64,000 nucleotides of DNA from Felis catus. Its lineage: Eukaryota. Below the pieces are notes generated by a model. The model was not told the DNA's origin and ran no database searches. It saw nothing but the letters and a program-made list of their open reading frames with translations. The position numbers and the translations under genes are program-made. The DNA lies in assembly GCF_018350175.1 (NCBI RefSeq), contig NC_058368.1, forward strand, positions 51,957,815-52,021,814, given 5' to 3'. This document shows positions 26,714 to 40,447 of the stretch, one piece after another. How positions within the stretch are numbered: the first letter of the stretch is position 1; the number at the start of each line of letters is the position of its first letter.

Positions 26714-27547
26714 TCCTTTTTTTTTTTTTTTTTTTTTTAAGTGGACTTTACTTAGGGATTTAGTTAGGACCCAGTAATTCTATTTCCCTAATAAAGAGTG
26801 CACTCATAGTTCTATCTCCCAGTTGATAGCTGTTTGGAGAAGCGGTCCTGTCTGAATGAAGAGTTCATCCTCCTTTTCTTCCCAATGATGGGCAGTTTGC
26901 ACCCACCTCCCGCCAGCCAGGTTGCAAACAAAATACGCTCTTTGCAGCCTCAATCAAAATGTATGTTGTTTTAACCTGGAAATAATGTTTGGTAAATTCT
27001 TTAGCTTAAGGAAAAATATTTTGTGCTCTGTCACACTGAAAAATAGCTCCCATATGCTTGAGTCATGTTGATCATATTCAGGGCTTTTTAAAAGAATTTG
27101 TTTTTCTGTGATCATAGTCAGTAACAAAATGCAGGAAGAGAATGGACTCTCAATCTGCATTTTGTCACAAAGGCAAAATAAGATTCCAATGAGGGAGGGA
27201 GAATATTCTATTGAAATGTAAATCACGTTGGAACCTCCTGCATCTTGGTTATATGTTGCTGTCTCCATGCCTCTTACGGGCATGTCTTTGTTGACTATCT
27301 CAGAGGATAACTGCTAGAAGGCAGGGACCTTGTTGATGTCACTCTTTGTGCAGACCCAAGAACAATGAAGCACTTGTTAAAGGTGGTGGATGTGATGTCT
27401 AGAATTTTCAGTCTGGAGCCCTCATTTGAGATGCTCATGGCTGCTTGAGCAGAGAATCTTGGGGTAGTTTATTCATTGGGGCACAAGGGCTTAAGTGTAG
27501 CCCCTAAGTCCCAAACAATCATTTGCCTGATTTTGGAGGTAATTTTT

Positions 27548-27674
27548 AAAAGTTTTTATTTAAATTACAGTTAGTTAATACAGTGTAATATTAGTTTCAG
27601 GTGTACAATAGAGTGATCTAAAACTTCCATACCACACCCGCTGCTCATCAGAAGCACACTCCTTAATCCCCTCA
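27548..27674 (-). mobile_element. Short carnivore L1 3'-end insertion
   Basis: tacagtgtaatattagtttcaggtgtacaatagagtgat; TSD gaggtaattttt 27536-27547 / gaagtaattttt 27675-27686. Confidence 0.8.
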
Positions 27675-28299
27675 GAAGTAATTTTTGACAGACTTACCCT
27701 CACCAATCTCATACACTCATATGTAAGTCAGAATATCAACTAAATAATGGAAAAATATATTTAGTTTTTCCTTTCTAAACCATATAGTAAATTTCTCCTA
27801 TTTATATAATCTCTTCTGTGTATGAATATCCCCATTTTATTGATGAAGAAATCAAAGTTAAAATATATTGAATAAACCATCCATGTTCATACAGCTCATC
27901 TATAGCAGAGTCCAAGATAGGAATTGAAGTCTGTGTAGCTTCAGTTACTACTGTTTGTTTATTTATTTATAGTTAGCACATTGGAATATGTAGTTTTCTG
28001 GTGCATTAACTGCCTTTTTTCCCTATAGCAAAAATCTTCAAGAGAGCTGTATTATAATTAGAAGTATTTAAAATCAGAGTGAGAATACATTGAATGATCC
28101 AATACAGGGCTACAGGAATTGAGCAACTTAGCTGAATTATTTTATTTTGTCTAGAGAGATATATCTACCAAAGGAATTCAGCGTTTAGTTTTGTAAGCCA
28201 GAGCAGTCTTTCACCTAAACAGGATTTGAGATACTTTGAAAGTTTTCCTCTTTGGGCTCTCCCTTTTGGTTAAAACAGTAGTCCTTCAGACAGAGAATA

Positions 28300-28545
28300 G
28301 TATTATGCTCAGACTAGGCAAGGAGAGACATTGACGAGATCTTGAAAATGGCAGAGCAAAGGGCCCGAGTCCCCAATACCATTGCACCACTGAATCCGTC
28401 TAGGGACTGCCTATTTCCAAACCACTTAAATAGAAAATAAAAAGTTATACTTATGGTTTATGCCACTATTAATTGAGGTTGGTTTCTTTTTTGCCACTGT
28501 TAATTGAGTTTTCTATCATTTGCAGCTCAAACTTTTCCTAACACA
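28300..28545 (+). mobile_element. Old MLT1-type LTR fragment
   Basis: aaataaaaagttatacttatggtttatgccact...catttgcagctcaaacttttcctaacaca resembles an MLT1 3' end. Confidence 0.5.
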
Positions 28546-30205
28546 TTGAACTTTATGAAAGTGCAGAAGAGATATGCTCTGCTTCAGTGTGATAAATGCA
28601 AACACTAAAAAAAAAAACACCTCTGTGATGGTTTTGCATTGCTTATCCTTTTGCTTGGCTCATAAAATCAGGTTTACGCTAAAGGAGAAATTTCCAAGCA
28701 GTAGATTTTTCCAGTATCTGAAAACACTTTTTGATTACTGGTGTCCCTACTCTAGAATGCACTGTTACATGAGAAAGTGATCTTCCTGTCTCTGGAGATA
28801 CCTAAGTGCAGGCTGAATAACTATCTGTCATACATGCTGTGGAAAGACTCTACTGGTTGGGACCTCGGATAAGATGGAGTCTTTTAATTCTTAATGGTTC
28901 TGATTTTCTAAGTCCTGATGCCTTTAAATGGAAGTGGTCTCTTTACCACATGGGCTTCCTCATTGAGAACAGCTTGGATAAAGGAACCAAATCTAGGCTT
29001 TTATTCTGCCACTGTTTAGCCTTGGGGCTTTGAGAAAGTAGTTTCCTAAAGTCATGGTTTTCTTCTCAATAGAATGAGGACATACTTGATTTAAAAAAGT
29101 TATCATAACATTCCATCCTTTTATTTTAATAGCTTCTTACATGGAATTCTCATATTTAGATCCATAAAAAGATGAACTTTTGTGCAAACATTGACAGATC
29201 TACAGGGAAAAATAGACAATAATAAAATAATAGTAAGAGAGTTCAATAGCTCACTGCCGATAATAGTAGATCAGCCAGACAGGAAATCAGTAAGGAAACA
29301 GCAACAGCAGACTTGAACAACACTGTAAACCAAATGGATCTAACAGACAGATATAGAACATTATACCCGACAGTAGCAGAATGCTTATTCTTCTCGAGTA
29401 CACATGGAACATTCTCTAGAATAGATCATATGCTGGGTTACAAAATAACCCTTAATAAATTTAAGACAAGAAATCAACCCAAGGATCTTTTCTGATCACA
29501 ATAGACTGAACCTAGAATTCAATAATATAAGGAAAATGGAAAAGATTCACAAATACGTGAAATTTAAATAACATACTATTAAACAACAGTTGGGTCAAAA
29601 AGGAAGTCAAAAAGGAAATTTTTGTATCTTAAGACAAACAAAAAGGGAAAACACAACATACCAAAACTTAGGGGAGGAACATACCAACACTTAACATTCA
29701 AAGGAAGAGATCTAATATAAACAACCTAACTTTATACTTCAAGGAATTAGAAAAAGAAGAATGAAATGAACCCAAATTTAGCAGAAGGAAGGAAGTAATA
29801 AAGATTAGAGTAGCAATAAATGAAATAGAGACTAGGAAAAAAATCTACAAAACTAAGAGTTGTTTTTTTTTTAAGATAAATTTGAAAAACCCTCAGACTA
29901 CAAAAAAGAGGAAGACTCAAATAAATAAGATCAGAAATATGAGAAAAGATATTAAACTGTTGCCGCAGAAATAAAAAGGATAATAAAGAACTATTATGAA
30001 TAATTATACACAAACAAATTGGACAACCTGGAAGAAATGGATAAATTCCTAGAAACATACAACCTAGAAATAGTGAATCAAGAAGAAATAGGAAGTGTAA
30101 AAAAATAAATAACAAATAAGGAAATTGAATTGGTAAACAAAGAACTCCCAACAAAGCAAAAAGCCCAGGACCAGATATCTTCAACAGTGAATTGTACCAA
30201 ATATT

Positions 30206-30319
30206 CATTTTTTTAAAGGTTTTATTTTTTAGTAATCTCTACATCCAATGTGGGGCTCAAATTTACAACCCTGAGATCAAGAGTTGCATGCTCTATCGAC
30301 TGAGCCAACAGAGTACCCC
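30206..30319 (-). mobile_element. Short older Can-SINE
   Basis: TSD tgtaccaaatatt 30193-30205/30320-30332. Confidence 0.85.
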
Positions 30320-30736
30320 TGTACCAAATATTTAAAGAAAAATTAAGACCAATCCTTCTCAAACTCTTCTAAGAAATAAAAAAGGAGGAAACCACTCCAA
30401 ACTAATTTTATAAGACCAGCATTGCCATGATACCAAAATCAGACAAGGACACTATAAGAAAATAAAAGTACATGCCAATATACCTGATGAACATAGATAC
30501 AAATATCCTCAACAAAATATTAGCAAACTGAATTCCATAATACATAAAAAGGATCATATACCGTGATCAAGTGAGATTTATTCCCAGAATACAAGGATGG
30601 TTAAATGCCCACAAATTAATAACTATGATACTCTACATTAACAGAATGAAAGATATAAATCATATAATTATCTCAATAGATTCATAAAATACATTTGGCA
30701 AAACTGAACATCTATTTATTATAAAAGCTGTCAACA

Positions 30737-30962
30737 GGGGCGCCTGGGTGGCTCAGTCGGTTAAGTGTCCGACTTAGGCTCAGGTCATGATCTCGCGGTC
30801 TGTGGGTTCGAGCCCTGCGTTGGCTCTCTGCTGACAGCTTAGAGCCTGGAGCCTGTTTCAGATTCTGTGTCTCCCTCTTTCTCTGACCCTCCCCTGTTCA
30901 TGCTCTCTCTCTGTCTCAAAAATAAATAAATGTTAAAAAAAATTTTTTTTTAAATAAAAAAA
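30737..30962 (+). mobile_element. Can-SINE
   Basis: Perfect TSD ataaaagctgtcaaca 30721-30736/30963-30978. Confidence 0.95.
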
Positions 30963-30991
30963 ATAAAAGCTGTCAACAAAGTGGTTATAGA

Positions 30992-31431
30992 GGGCGGCAC
31001 CTGGGTGGCTCAGTTGGTTAAGTAGCTTACTCTTGATTTTGGCTCAGGTCATGATCTCACACTTCATGTTATATGATGGTGCAGAGCCTGTTTGGGATTC
31101 AATCTCTCCCTCTCTCTTTACTCCTCCCCCACTTGTACTCGCTTTCTCTCTCTCAAAATAAATGAATAAACATTTTTTTTATATTTTTTTATTTTTTTTT
31201 AAATTTTTTTTCAACGTTTATTTATTTTTGGGACAGAGAGAGACAGAGCATGAGCAGGGGAGGGGCAGAGAGAGAGGGAGACACAGAATCGGAAACAGGC
31301 TCCAGGCTCCGAGCCATCAGCCCAGAGCCTGACGCGGGGCTCGAACTCACAGACCGTGAGATCGTGACCTGGCTGAAGTCGGAGGCTTAACCGACTGTGC
31401 CACCCAGGCGCTCCTAAACATTTTTTTTTAA
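30992..31431 (+). mobile_element. Can-SINE (older) hosting another SINE in its tail
   Basis: TSD aaagtggttat 30978-30988/31432-31442. Confidence 0.85.
31181..31414 (-). mobile_element. Young Can-SINE nested in the previous SINE
   Basis: TSD taaacatttttttt 31167-31180/31415-31428. Confidence 0.95.
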
Positions 31432-31607
31432 AAAGTGGTTATGGGGGAGCATATTTTACTCATGATAAACTGGGTATGGAGGAAATATACCTTAACATGA
31501 TATATGACAAGCTCACAGCTGCCACACTCAGTGGCTTTTCCTCTGAGATCAGGACAAGACAAAGATGCCCACTCTAGCTACTTTTATTCAATATAGAAGT
31601 CTTAGGC

Positions 31608-31765
31608 AGAAAGAAGAAAAGAAAAGAAAAAAGAAAAGAAAAGAAAAGAAAAGAAAAGAAAAGAAAAGAAAGAAAAAGAGAAAGAAAGAAAAAAAAGAAA
31701 AAGAAAGAAACAGAAAGGAAGAAAGAAAGAAAAAGGAAAAGAAAAGAAAAGAAAGAAAAAAAGAG
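31608..31765. repeat. Polypurine (GAAAA/GAAA)n tract
   Basis: 158 bp of A/G with a single C at 31711. Confidence 0.95.
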
Positions 31766-32766
31766 CATCCAAATTGTAAAGGGGGAAGTCAGATTGTCAC
31801 TATCTGCAGATGACATGATATTATGTATAGAAAACCCTAAAGACTTCTCCAAAAGGCTGTCAGAACTAATAAATTATCAGTAGAGCTGCAATACACAAAA
31901 TCATGCACAACAATCTTTTGAATTTCTACACACTAATAATGCACTCTCAGAAAGAGAAATGAAGAAAACACCACTATTTACAATGGCATCAAGAAGAATA
32001 AAATATCTAGGAATAAATTTAATCAAGGAGGTGAAAGATCTATATACTACAAACCGTAAGACATTAATAAAAGAATCTGAAGAAGACATGAAAGATATTC
32101 ATGGAATAGAAGAACTAATACTGTTGAAATGTTCATAGCATCCAGAGCAATCTACAGATTCAATGTAATCCCTATCAAAATTCCAAAGGCATTTTCCACA
32201 GAGGTAGAAAAAAACCACAATTTGTATGGAACCACAAAAGACTCCAAATAGTGAAAGCAATCTTTAGAAAGAGAAACCAAGTGGAAGCATCCTACCTCCT
32301 GATTTCAAACTATATTATAAATTTATATTAATCAAAATAGTATGGCATTGGCATAAAAATTGACACATAGATAAATGGAACAGGATAGAGCCCGGAAATA
32401 AATCCATGCCTATATGGTCAATGAATTCACAACAAAGGGGCTAAGAATAAATAATGAAAAGGATTGTCTCTTCAGCAAATGGTGTTGGGAAAGCTGGACA
32501 GCCACATGCAAAAGAATGACACCACACATAATAATTAACTCAAAATGGATTAAAGACTTCAAAAACCAAAAAACCAAACCATAAAACGCTGGAAGAAACA
32601 GCGGAGTGGCGGGGAGAAGAGATAGTTTGACATTGGTCTTGGCAATGATTTTTTTTTTTTTGGATTTGATACCAAAAACATAGGCATCAAATGCAAAAAT
32701 AAACAAGCATTGACTACATCAAACTAAAAGCTTCTGCACAGAGAAAAAAATTAAAATAAAAAGGCA

Positions 32767-32979
32767 GAGGTGCCTGGGTTGCTCAGTCAGTTAGGTGCCC
32801 AACTCTTGATTTCAGCTCAGGTCATGATCTCACAGTTCATGGGATCAAGCTCCATATAGGGCTCTGTCCTGACAGTGCAGAGCCTGCTTGGAATTCTCTC
32901 CCTCCCTCTCTCTCTGCCTCTCCCCTACTCATGCTCTTTCTTTCTTTCTTTCTCTCAAAATACATAAATAAACATTAAA
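32767..32979 (+). mobile_element. Can-SINE
   Basis: TSD aaaataaaaaggca 32753-32766 / aaaatacaaaggca 32980-32993. Confidence 0.9.
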
Positions 32980-33660
32980 AAAATACAAAGGCAACCTGTG
33001 GAATGGGAAAAAATATTTGCAAATCACATATCTGATAAGGGGTTAATATCCAAAATATAAAAGGAACTAATACCACTCAATAGTAAAACAAACAAACAAA
33101 CAAACAAAGAATCTGATTAAATATGGGCAGAGGAACTGATAAGATATTTTTCCAAAGAAGACATACAAATGGCCAACAGGTATGTGAAATGGTGCTCAAC
33201 ATCACTAATCATCAGGGAACTGCAAATCAAAACCACCATGAAATATCACTTCACACTTGTTAGAATGTCTATTATCAACAAACAAACAAACAAACAAACA
33301 AAAACACACACAAAACAAACAAAAACAGAAAAAAATGTTGGCTAGGATGTGCAGAAACGGAAATTCTTGTGCACTGTTGGTGGGGATATAAACTGGTGCA
33401 GCCACTGTGAAGAACAGTACAGAGGTTCCTCAAAAAATTAGAAATAGAATTACCATTTGATCCAGTGATCCTACTTCTGGGTATATATTCAAAAGCATTA
33501 AAATCAAAATCTCAAAGAGATATTATACTCCTTTGTTCATTACAGCACTATTTACAATAGCCAGGATACAGAAACAATCTAAATGCCCATCGGTGAATGA
33601 ATGCATAAAGAAAATAATGGTACATTCATACAGTAGAATATTATTCAGCCTTTAAAATGA

Positions 33661-33755
33661 CATCGAGGAGGGCACTTGTTGGGATGAGCGCTGGATGTTG
33701 TATGGAAACCAATTTGACAATAAATTATATTTAATATAAAAAATAAATAAATAAA
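33661..33755 (+). mobile_element. ~95-bp felid L1 3' tip inserted in the older L1
   Basis: Reverse complement of ~12185-12258 (gagggcacttgttgggatgag...aatttgacaataaatt); TSD taaaatga 33653-33660/33756-33763. Confidence 0.85.
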
Positions 33756-36700
33756 TAAAATGAAGGAAATCTTGCCATTTGTAGTAACATGAGGGACTGG
33801 GCATCATTACACTAAGTGAGATAAGCCAGACACAGACGGAAAAATACTGCATGATCCCACTTTAATGAGAGACCTAAAATAGTCAGACTCACAGAACCAC
33901 AAGTGGAATGGCAATTGCCAGGGACAGATGGGAGGAGAAAATGGGAAGGTGTGAAAGGGTGCAAAATTTCAGTTATAAAAGATGAGTAAGTTCTGGAGAT
34001 CCACTATATACCACAGGACCTACAGTTAATAATACTGTACTATATACCTAAACATTTGCTAAGAGGGTAAATCTCATGTCAAGTGCTCTTACCACAAAAT
34101 TAAAAAAAAATCAAACAAACAAATAAATAAAGGGAGTTGGAGGAAACTTTTGGATGCGATGGATGTTTATGGCTTTCATTATGGCGGTGGTTTCACAGTG
34201 TATGGGTGCCTCCAAACTCATCAAGCTGTACACATTAAATATCTACAACTTTTTATATGTTAATTATATCTCAACAAAGTAGTTTAAAAAAAAAAAAGCT
34301 GCTTTGGTCCTGGATCCAGAGGCCAGCCTGGGGTCCCTGCAGCTCCCTTTTCACTTAACCCTTCCATCAGCCCTCGGGGCAACGAGGAGTCTGAAGAGAG
34401 AGATATTCTCTCTTAAATGTTACCAAGTTCTTTGTAATTGGAACCCTGTATGATTCCAAGACAGAGCGAGCACAGAATCTGAGCAGGAAGATCATAGAAT
34501 TCACACTTACCTCATGGAGGCAGTCTGAATTGTTGAGTTGTTGCTTTTTTTCCCCCTCTTATTGTCGAGTTAATACTGATTGGATCTATTGTATCCAGCA
34601 ACCCATGAAAGTAAAGACGATTTTACCAAAGAGCCATTAAATACGTGAAGTCATTTTGTTTCCTTCTCAAGCCTTATCCAAATCTTAATATGTGTCTGCT
34701 TTGAATGTAAGTTTTCAGACGGTTCTGCTAAACTGCCCGTCTCTTTACAACCGTTCTCACACAAAAGTGTTTGCCCACTTTCCACATAATGAAGCTTTTT
34801 AGGCCCGATACAAATGGTGCTATTCTTAAATCCGAGCAAAATAACCTGCTCACGTCTCCTCTTTCTGTCTGACCTAGCACTTGCCCTCTTCCTGAATGTG
34901 GGCCTTGAAGTAAATACGTAAAGTAAAAGATAGGAATTCCATTCCCAAAGAGATTTCTTTATGCTTGTTTTATATCAGTTGTTGCTCCACTTGCAAGTTA
35001 AAGTCCTAAAACGAACAGACACGGCCTTGGAGGATCTGGTGTGCTTCTGTGTATCATTCATCTGCAGCATTTGAATTGGGAAAATCCTTTGTGGGGTTTC
35101 AACAACCTTTTGTCCAGATAGTTACATGCACTGACAGAGCCTTTTGACAGAGCCACAGAAAATTCTCTGCTGAGTACTTAATCAGTTCCTAAGTTGGCTT
35201 GCTTCCACTTTTCCTTTCTTCAAGACTGTGTTGCTATACTACTAGAATTTTCTATTTGTGATTCTGAGAGTTTAAGACTAAATAACTTTGGGCATATGGT
35301 CACTATATTACTTTCATCACACGCACTCACTGTTTTATGCACACAGACACCTTGGGGTTCGTTGAAATTTATGCTTATACTTTTGAAAAATGCGTTTATG
35401 CTTTTATAAATGTATTCTTTTCGATTTGATAGCTCAATTCTTAATTACTTTACAAATAAGATTGTTATGTTATCTCTGAATATTAACACAGAAACCCTAA
35501 GACAGATTGATCGTGTTTCTAAGGATCAAATAGAATAAGATTATTGGGTGAAGAAAAATGTGTTGAAACTTGTTGTCAGGCAGGCTGAATAAAGAACCAT
35601 GAGGAAAGACAAAATTCTCTCTTTTTCTAGGGATTCATGGCAGAAACTGTTAATGGCAGATTTTTTGAACCAAGAAAGGCAATAATCTGCTGCTGCCAGT
35701 CCTCATCCATTAAAAGTCTGGTCTCAGTGGAACAGACTCGGCTGGGTTGACTGGTTCTTACTTTGCCATCTGCTAAAATAATCGGATTGACCGTGTGTTT
35801 TACCATTGTGATCTCTACATAAATAGACTTGCCTTCAGTATTGTGGGTCTTTTGAAGAAAAAGCAGCAAATCTTGTTGAAGTTCCTTCCTTACAGACATG
35901 AGAAATGCCGGTGGCCCTTATAATACTCCAAACGATTTCTTCAGATTGTAATTGTAATATGGAGAGAGAAAGTCACTTCTGTTTAAACGGGGGTTGAATG
36001 GTGGAGAACCAGAGCTTTGAGAGACACAACATGCATTACAACATTAGGATGTATTCAGTCAGATGTAGGCAAGACAGAAAATCACATGACAAAGCAAGCC
36101 ATGTGAATGTTCCTGAAGAAGAAAAAAAATAGAAATGAAAAAACAAACACGCATCAGATACTTCCTTTTTTGCGGCACATTATTCCAAATCGTATGGATG
36201 CCTCATGTTTGTAATTTGTCAATGATGACTTCCCCCGCGTGTGTATTGAACTCGGGGATCACTATAATTTTGCTCTTGCATCACAGTCCTGCTCTATTTG
36301 TTTATATCTATTTAATTACATGGTTACATGTGAATGCAGCAACCAGAGCTCCCCAGATATCTGTCAGGGATGTTGTGAGAATGTAGTGAGAAATTACTTT
36401 TTACCACTGACAACAACTGTATATGGATCACATTTACCCTCTTGGGATCCTGGCCTATGTAATCGAAAAATATATGCACTTGACAATCCCGAGCAACACT
36501 GCAATCATTGAATTAATTTATGGCCTTTTATCCCCCCCTGTGTTGGCAATCTCTGCGTCAATGTAAATAAGTATCCACTAAGTGACCACAGTGTAGATCA
36601 CAGTTTCTTGGCCATTTAGGGATGGCGGGGTTCCTCCAGGGATGTCCTTACCTGAACATAAGGGATCAGAGCACTTTTCAGGAAAGGGAGGGACAATCCC

Positions 36701-37591
36701 AGGTGGGATAAATGGTCATGGATTTACTGTCACTTCACTCTATTTTTAACAACCCAATCACTTCTCTGGTGGCCGCTGCCCCACACAGCCTCTGGCATAG
36801 GGTAGGTACCCAATGCATAATTGCTGAATGAAAGAAGAAATTCAATCTCAAGGGCATCCACTTCATTTTCTCTGCAGCTACACCATCGGCATGGCAACAG
36901 CCTAGTCAGCACATTACTTTAATAATTTTTTTTCTTTTTTTCTTCTTATGCTAGTTTCCATAGGCAGTGGTCTATACAATTTTTAGTCCTCCATCACTAT
37001 TAATGAGGAAGTTTTGTGCATACACTCCCCAAATAGCTGTTTTATAAATAAAACATTATGTTGTGTTATGAAACATATTTAATAAGTGGGAGAATGAGAT
37101 TAAGTTAACAGAAGTTCTAATATTTTTATTCCTGTATTCCAGTAGATTGTCTTGTTTACCTCCTTTCTCCATTCTGGAGACTTGGCTACAAGGGGTAAAA
37201 GAAGAATAAGACACAGTCCCTCTATTGGGAACCTTGCATCTTATTTGGTAGACCAGATGGATACAGTGAAGTACCGTAATAGCGAGGGTGTACTAGAAGA
37301 AGTCCTGAGCAGAATTTTCCTGAAAACACAGATTTTTAAAACATATTTCAATCTCTACGACCTTTGGTTTGTAGTAGGATATTTCTTATGTTCCAGTGAG
37401 TTCGAGCACACTTAAATCTTTTCAGTAGCTATAGTCTTCTCTTGGAATCACTCGCATTTCTTTTCATCACCCTTTTCTTCTATCCTGAGAAATTTGTCCC
37501 CATAAACTTGATCTTCATATCCCCTGGCTCAGCAAAATTCACTTTCCGATGGGACATTTTTTACTTGAATTTTGACTCTGAGGTGTTTTAT

Positions 37592-37792
37592 TTTTATTAT
37601 TATTTCTTAAGTTTTATTTATTTTTGACAGAGTGAGTGGCGGAGAAAGACAGGGGGAGACACAGAATCCAAAGCAGGCTCCAGGCTCTGAGCTGTCAGCA
37701 CAGAGCCAGATGTGGGCTCAAACCCATGAACTGTGAGACCATGACCTGAGCTGAAGTGGGATGCTCAACCGATTGAGCCACCCAGGTGCCCC
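37592..37792 (-). mobile_element. Can-SINE
   Basis: TSD gactct(g/a)aggtgttttat 37574-37591/37793-37810. Confidence 0.95.
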
Positions 37793-38708
37793 GACTCTAA
37801 GGTGTTTTATAAATACATTCTTGAGGTCCATTTACTTCAGGCATGCAGGATGATGTAGCAATATATTTACAGATCACGAGCATAAGTACAGTGATTCCGT
37901 AAATAATCCAATCACTTCAGGTTTCGTGGTTGCCTTGATGTACACATCTCTCCTCAGGGCTTTCCATCTCTCACTACCTAATTGCTCAATTCTCTTTCTT
38001 TATATCCACTTCTTGTCTTCTATGACCTATATCAGTTATCTTTTTAGCACAATATGGTCTCCCAAATGGAAGATAAAATCAATCATTTAGAGTAAAACTA
38101 GAAAATATTCATGTAAAGCAGATTCATGTAGTCATTTGGAACAATCTACCTTAAGAAATGATTTCCACACAAATTCCTTCCAAGTCTCTACTAAGTGACT
38201 CTAATGTATTTGTGGGGAGATAATGATGTGGCATTTATCTGCTCATTTGTGCTGTAAACTGACTATTTAAAGTAATTATGTTAATAGGATTGTGGTCTGA
38301 ATTGAATCTAGGGGGGAAAAAGAACTCAAAAGCTAGGAGTTCTTAGTCTCTAGGAGGGGTTATCCTGGGTATTTAAGAAAATATATTAGTTATAGATGTC
38401 ATAGTAAATGAATATATTGGTATTCAGGCTTATAAATTCATCTCCTATGAGTTTGGCTAATGTGTGCTTGGTTACCCGAGTGAAGCTAATTTTTCACCCA
38501 CAGTACAAAGAGCCAGAACCTGTATCATGATGAATCTTCTAAAACACCACACAGTAAGAAACTGCCTGAGCTTCCAGCTGACCTCTTTGACATTGTTCTC
38601 TAATTTTGGTAATAATCCTGTTCCTTTATCTGCTTTGAATTCTATCACAAGCACATTTTGTATAACTAATTTGTTTTATAGATCAGTTTCTCTTTGAATA
38701 ATTAGAAC

Positions 38709-39153
38709 TGTCACATATTGGTTATGGTAATCCTAGCTGCTATCAGACATAAATCCCCAAATTCTAGTCATTTAACAGGACAGATTATTTCTTTTTGTTC
38801 GCATAATATTCCAGTGTAGATGTTCCTGGTGGGGAGGTGGTGTGCTTTGCCCCATTCAATTATACGGGGTCCAAGTGGATGGGGGATCTGCCATCTTCCA
38901 TACATGGCTTCCCAGGTCTCCTTGCGTGTTGATGTCTACCAGGGAAAGAGATTACATGGGAAAAGGCACACACACTTCCTAATCACCCGAGCAGAGCAGT
39001 GACCCACATCACTGGGACCAGTCAGCCACATGCCCAGATAAAGATGCAAAGAGGAAGAAAGTAAGGACTGTGGGGCATCCCCTTGCCAGCAATGATTCCC
39101 CATTAAGGAAAGAGGGTATGAAGCCTTGCAGAACAGCTGGCCCCCTCTACCAT
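38709..39153 (-). mobile_element. Old MLT1-type LTR
   Basis: ctagctgctatcagacataaatccccaaattctagtcatttaaca; gtcagccacatgcccaga typical of antisense MLT1. Confidence 0.55.
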
Positions 39154-40447
39154 GATCCATGGCATAGTGGAGTGTCCAAAGGACAAGAAATGTAATCATT
39201 AAAAAAATCCCTTGTTTTGCAAGGTAAAACCTCTGATGCAGTGTTTTATGCTTAAGAACAAGGCACATGTTTTACACCAAGTGAACGTTTAAATTACAAA
39301 GCAGTGTTTGACTGCTTTCAATATACAAAGTAATGTCCCAACCTGACAATTAACTGTTTAATTTCATCAGTGTAGACAACTGACGCAGATAAACCTAATG
39401 TGAATTTTTAATCTGAATTAGCTAACTGGGTTTACTACAACATCATAGATAAACTCTACCTTTGTTTAATATCACACAAATGTAATATGAATGTGCTTTT
39501 TCTTCTTTCCAAAATTGTTTCTAATTGATTACAAGAAAACAAGTTTAAATTTTTCCAGATGTGTAATAGAGTAGAAAAAACCTCAAACATTTATTTTACA
39601 ATTATTTTGGTATTTGTTCATAGAGATATGTAATAGTGTAGAAAGAAATTCTATGTAATGTGTCAAATTAGAGAAAATATCACCAAAAGATAAATATATG
39701 TATTCCTTAGCACATGGTACTTCAGAAACACAGAAATATTTAATGGGCAAAAGATGGACTGAAGTAAATATCAAAGTTATTTTTCCATAAAAGGACTTGA
39801 GTTCTGTTTTAATATACAATCTAGAGTGTGCCCAGTCTTCCTGTGAATGCGTTTTTTCCTTACAGGTGCTTTAACTATTAATTCTGTACTCAGTGAAACA
39901 AAAAGCAACCATGAAACCAAACAAAATATTTAATAACCAACTTCTGATTGTAATTGTCTTTTTCTATTTTATTTAATTAATTTTTAAAAACAAGTTTTGT
40001 TCTAATAAACTGAATTTCTATCAATCCTTTTAGGAGATCTGATGGTAAACCTGCAAACTGTAATGTGGCTAGTTTGGGCAGGGAGAAGAGACTTTCTCAA
40101 GGACAGACTGATGTCACCTTTATTCAAACAGGCCACGTGAATGCTGAGTGTCAGGGTCTGAGGGATGAGGACAGGTTATGCAGAAGCGTGAGAGAATATT
40201 CTGTAAGAGACAGTTGGACGTCTTATTAAGTAATGATTGGCAAAGGGGCATGGGTCTGGCCTAGGACTGTGAACCTGAGTATGTTAAGACAATCAAGGAA
40301 GAGTCTGGAGGTGCTACCTTCCTCCAAAGCTACATGTATGGAAGAGCTAGAATTGGGACGGACATCCAAGGATTCAAACAGTCATCAATTATTAAGTACC
40401 TACTTTGTAGTAGGCACTGTGCTGGAAGATTAAAATATACTTTCACT

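Larger units (their letters stand above)
29187..34298 (+). mobile_element. Older 5'-truncated L1 (L1MA/L1MB-like 3' UTR) with degenerate ORF2 and multiple nested insertions
   Basis: Endonuclease-like peptide NQMDLTDRYRTLYP...FSRIDHMLG (29313-29495); RT motif gcagatgacatg at ~31806; 3' UTR and A-tail at ~34286-34297. Confidence 0.9.

Noticed and set aside
26459..26763. ORFs with repeated APGLRGSG peptides
   Set aside because: Translation of the 8-bp repeat inside an antisense SINE
31565..31852. Lys/Arg-rich and Phe-rich ORFs
   Set aside because: Translation of the polypurine tract
35627..35899. 90-aa minus ORF with protein-like composition
   Set aside because: No recognisable homology and no convincing splice or retrocopy hallmarks; BLASTP would settle it
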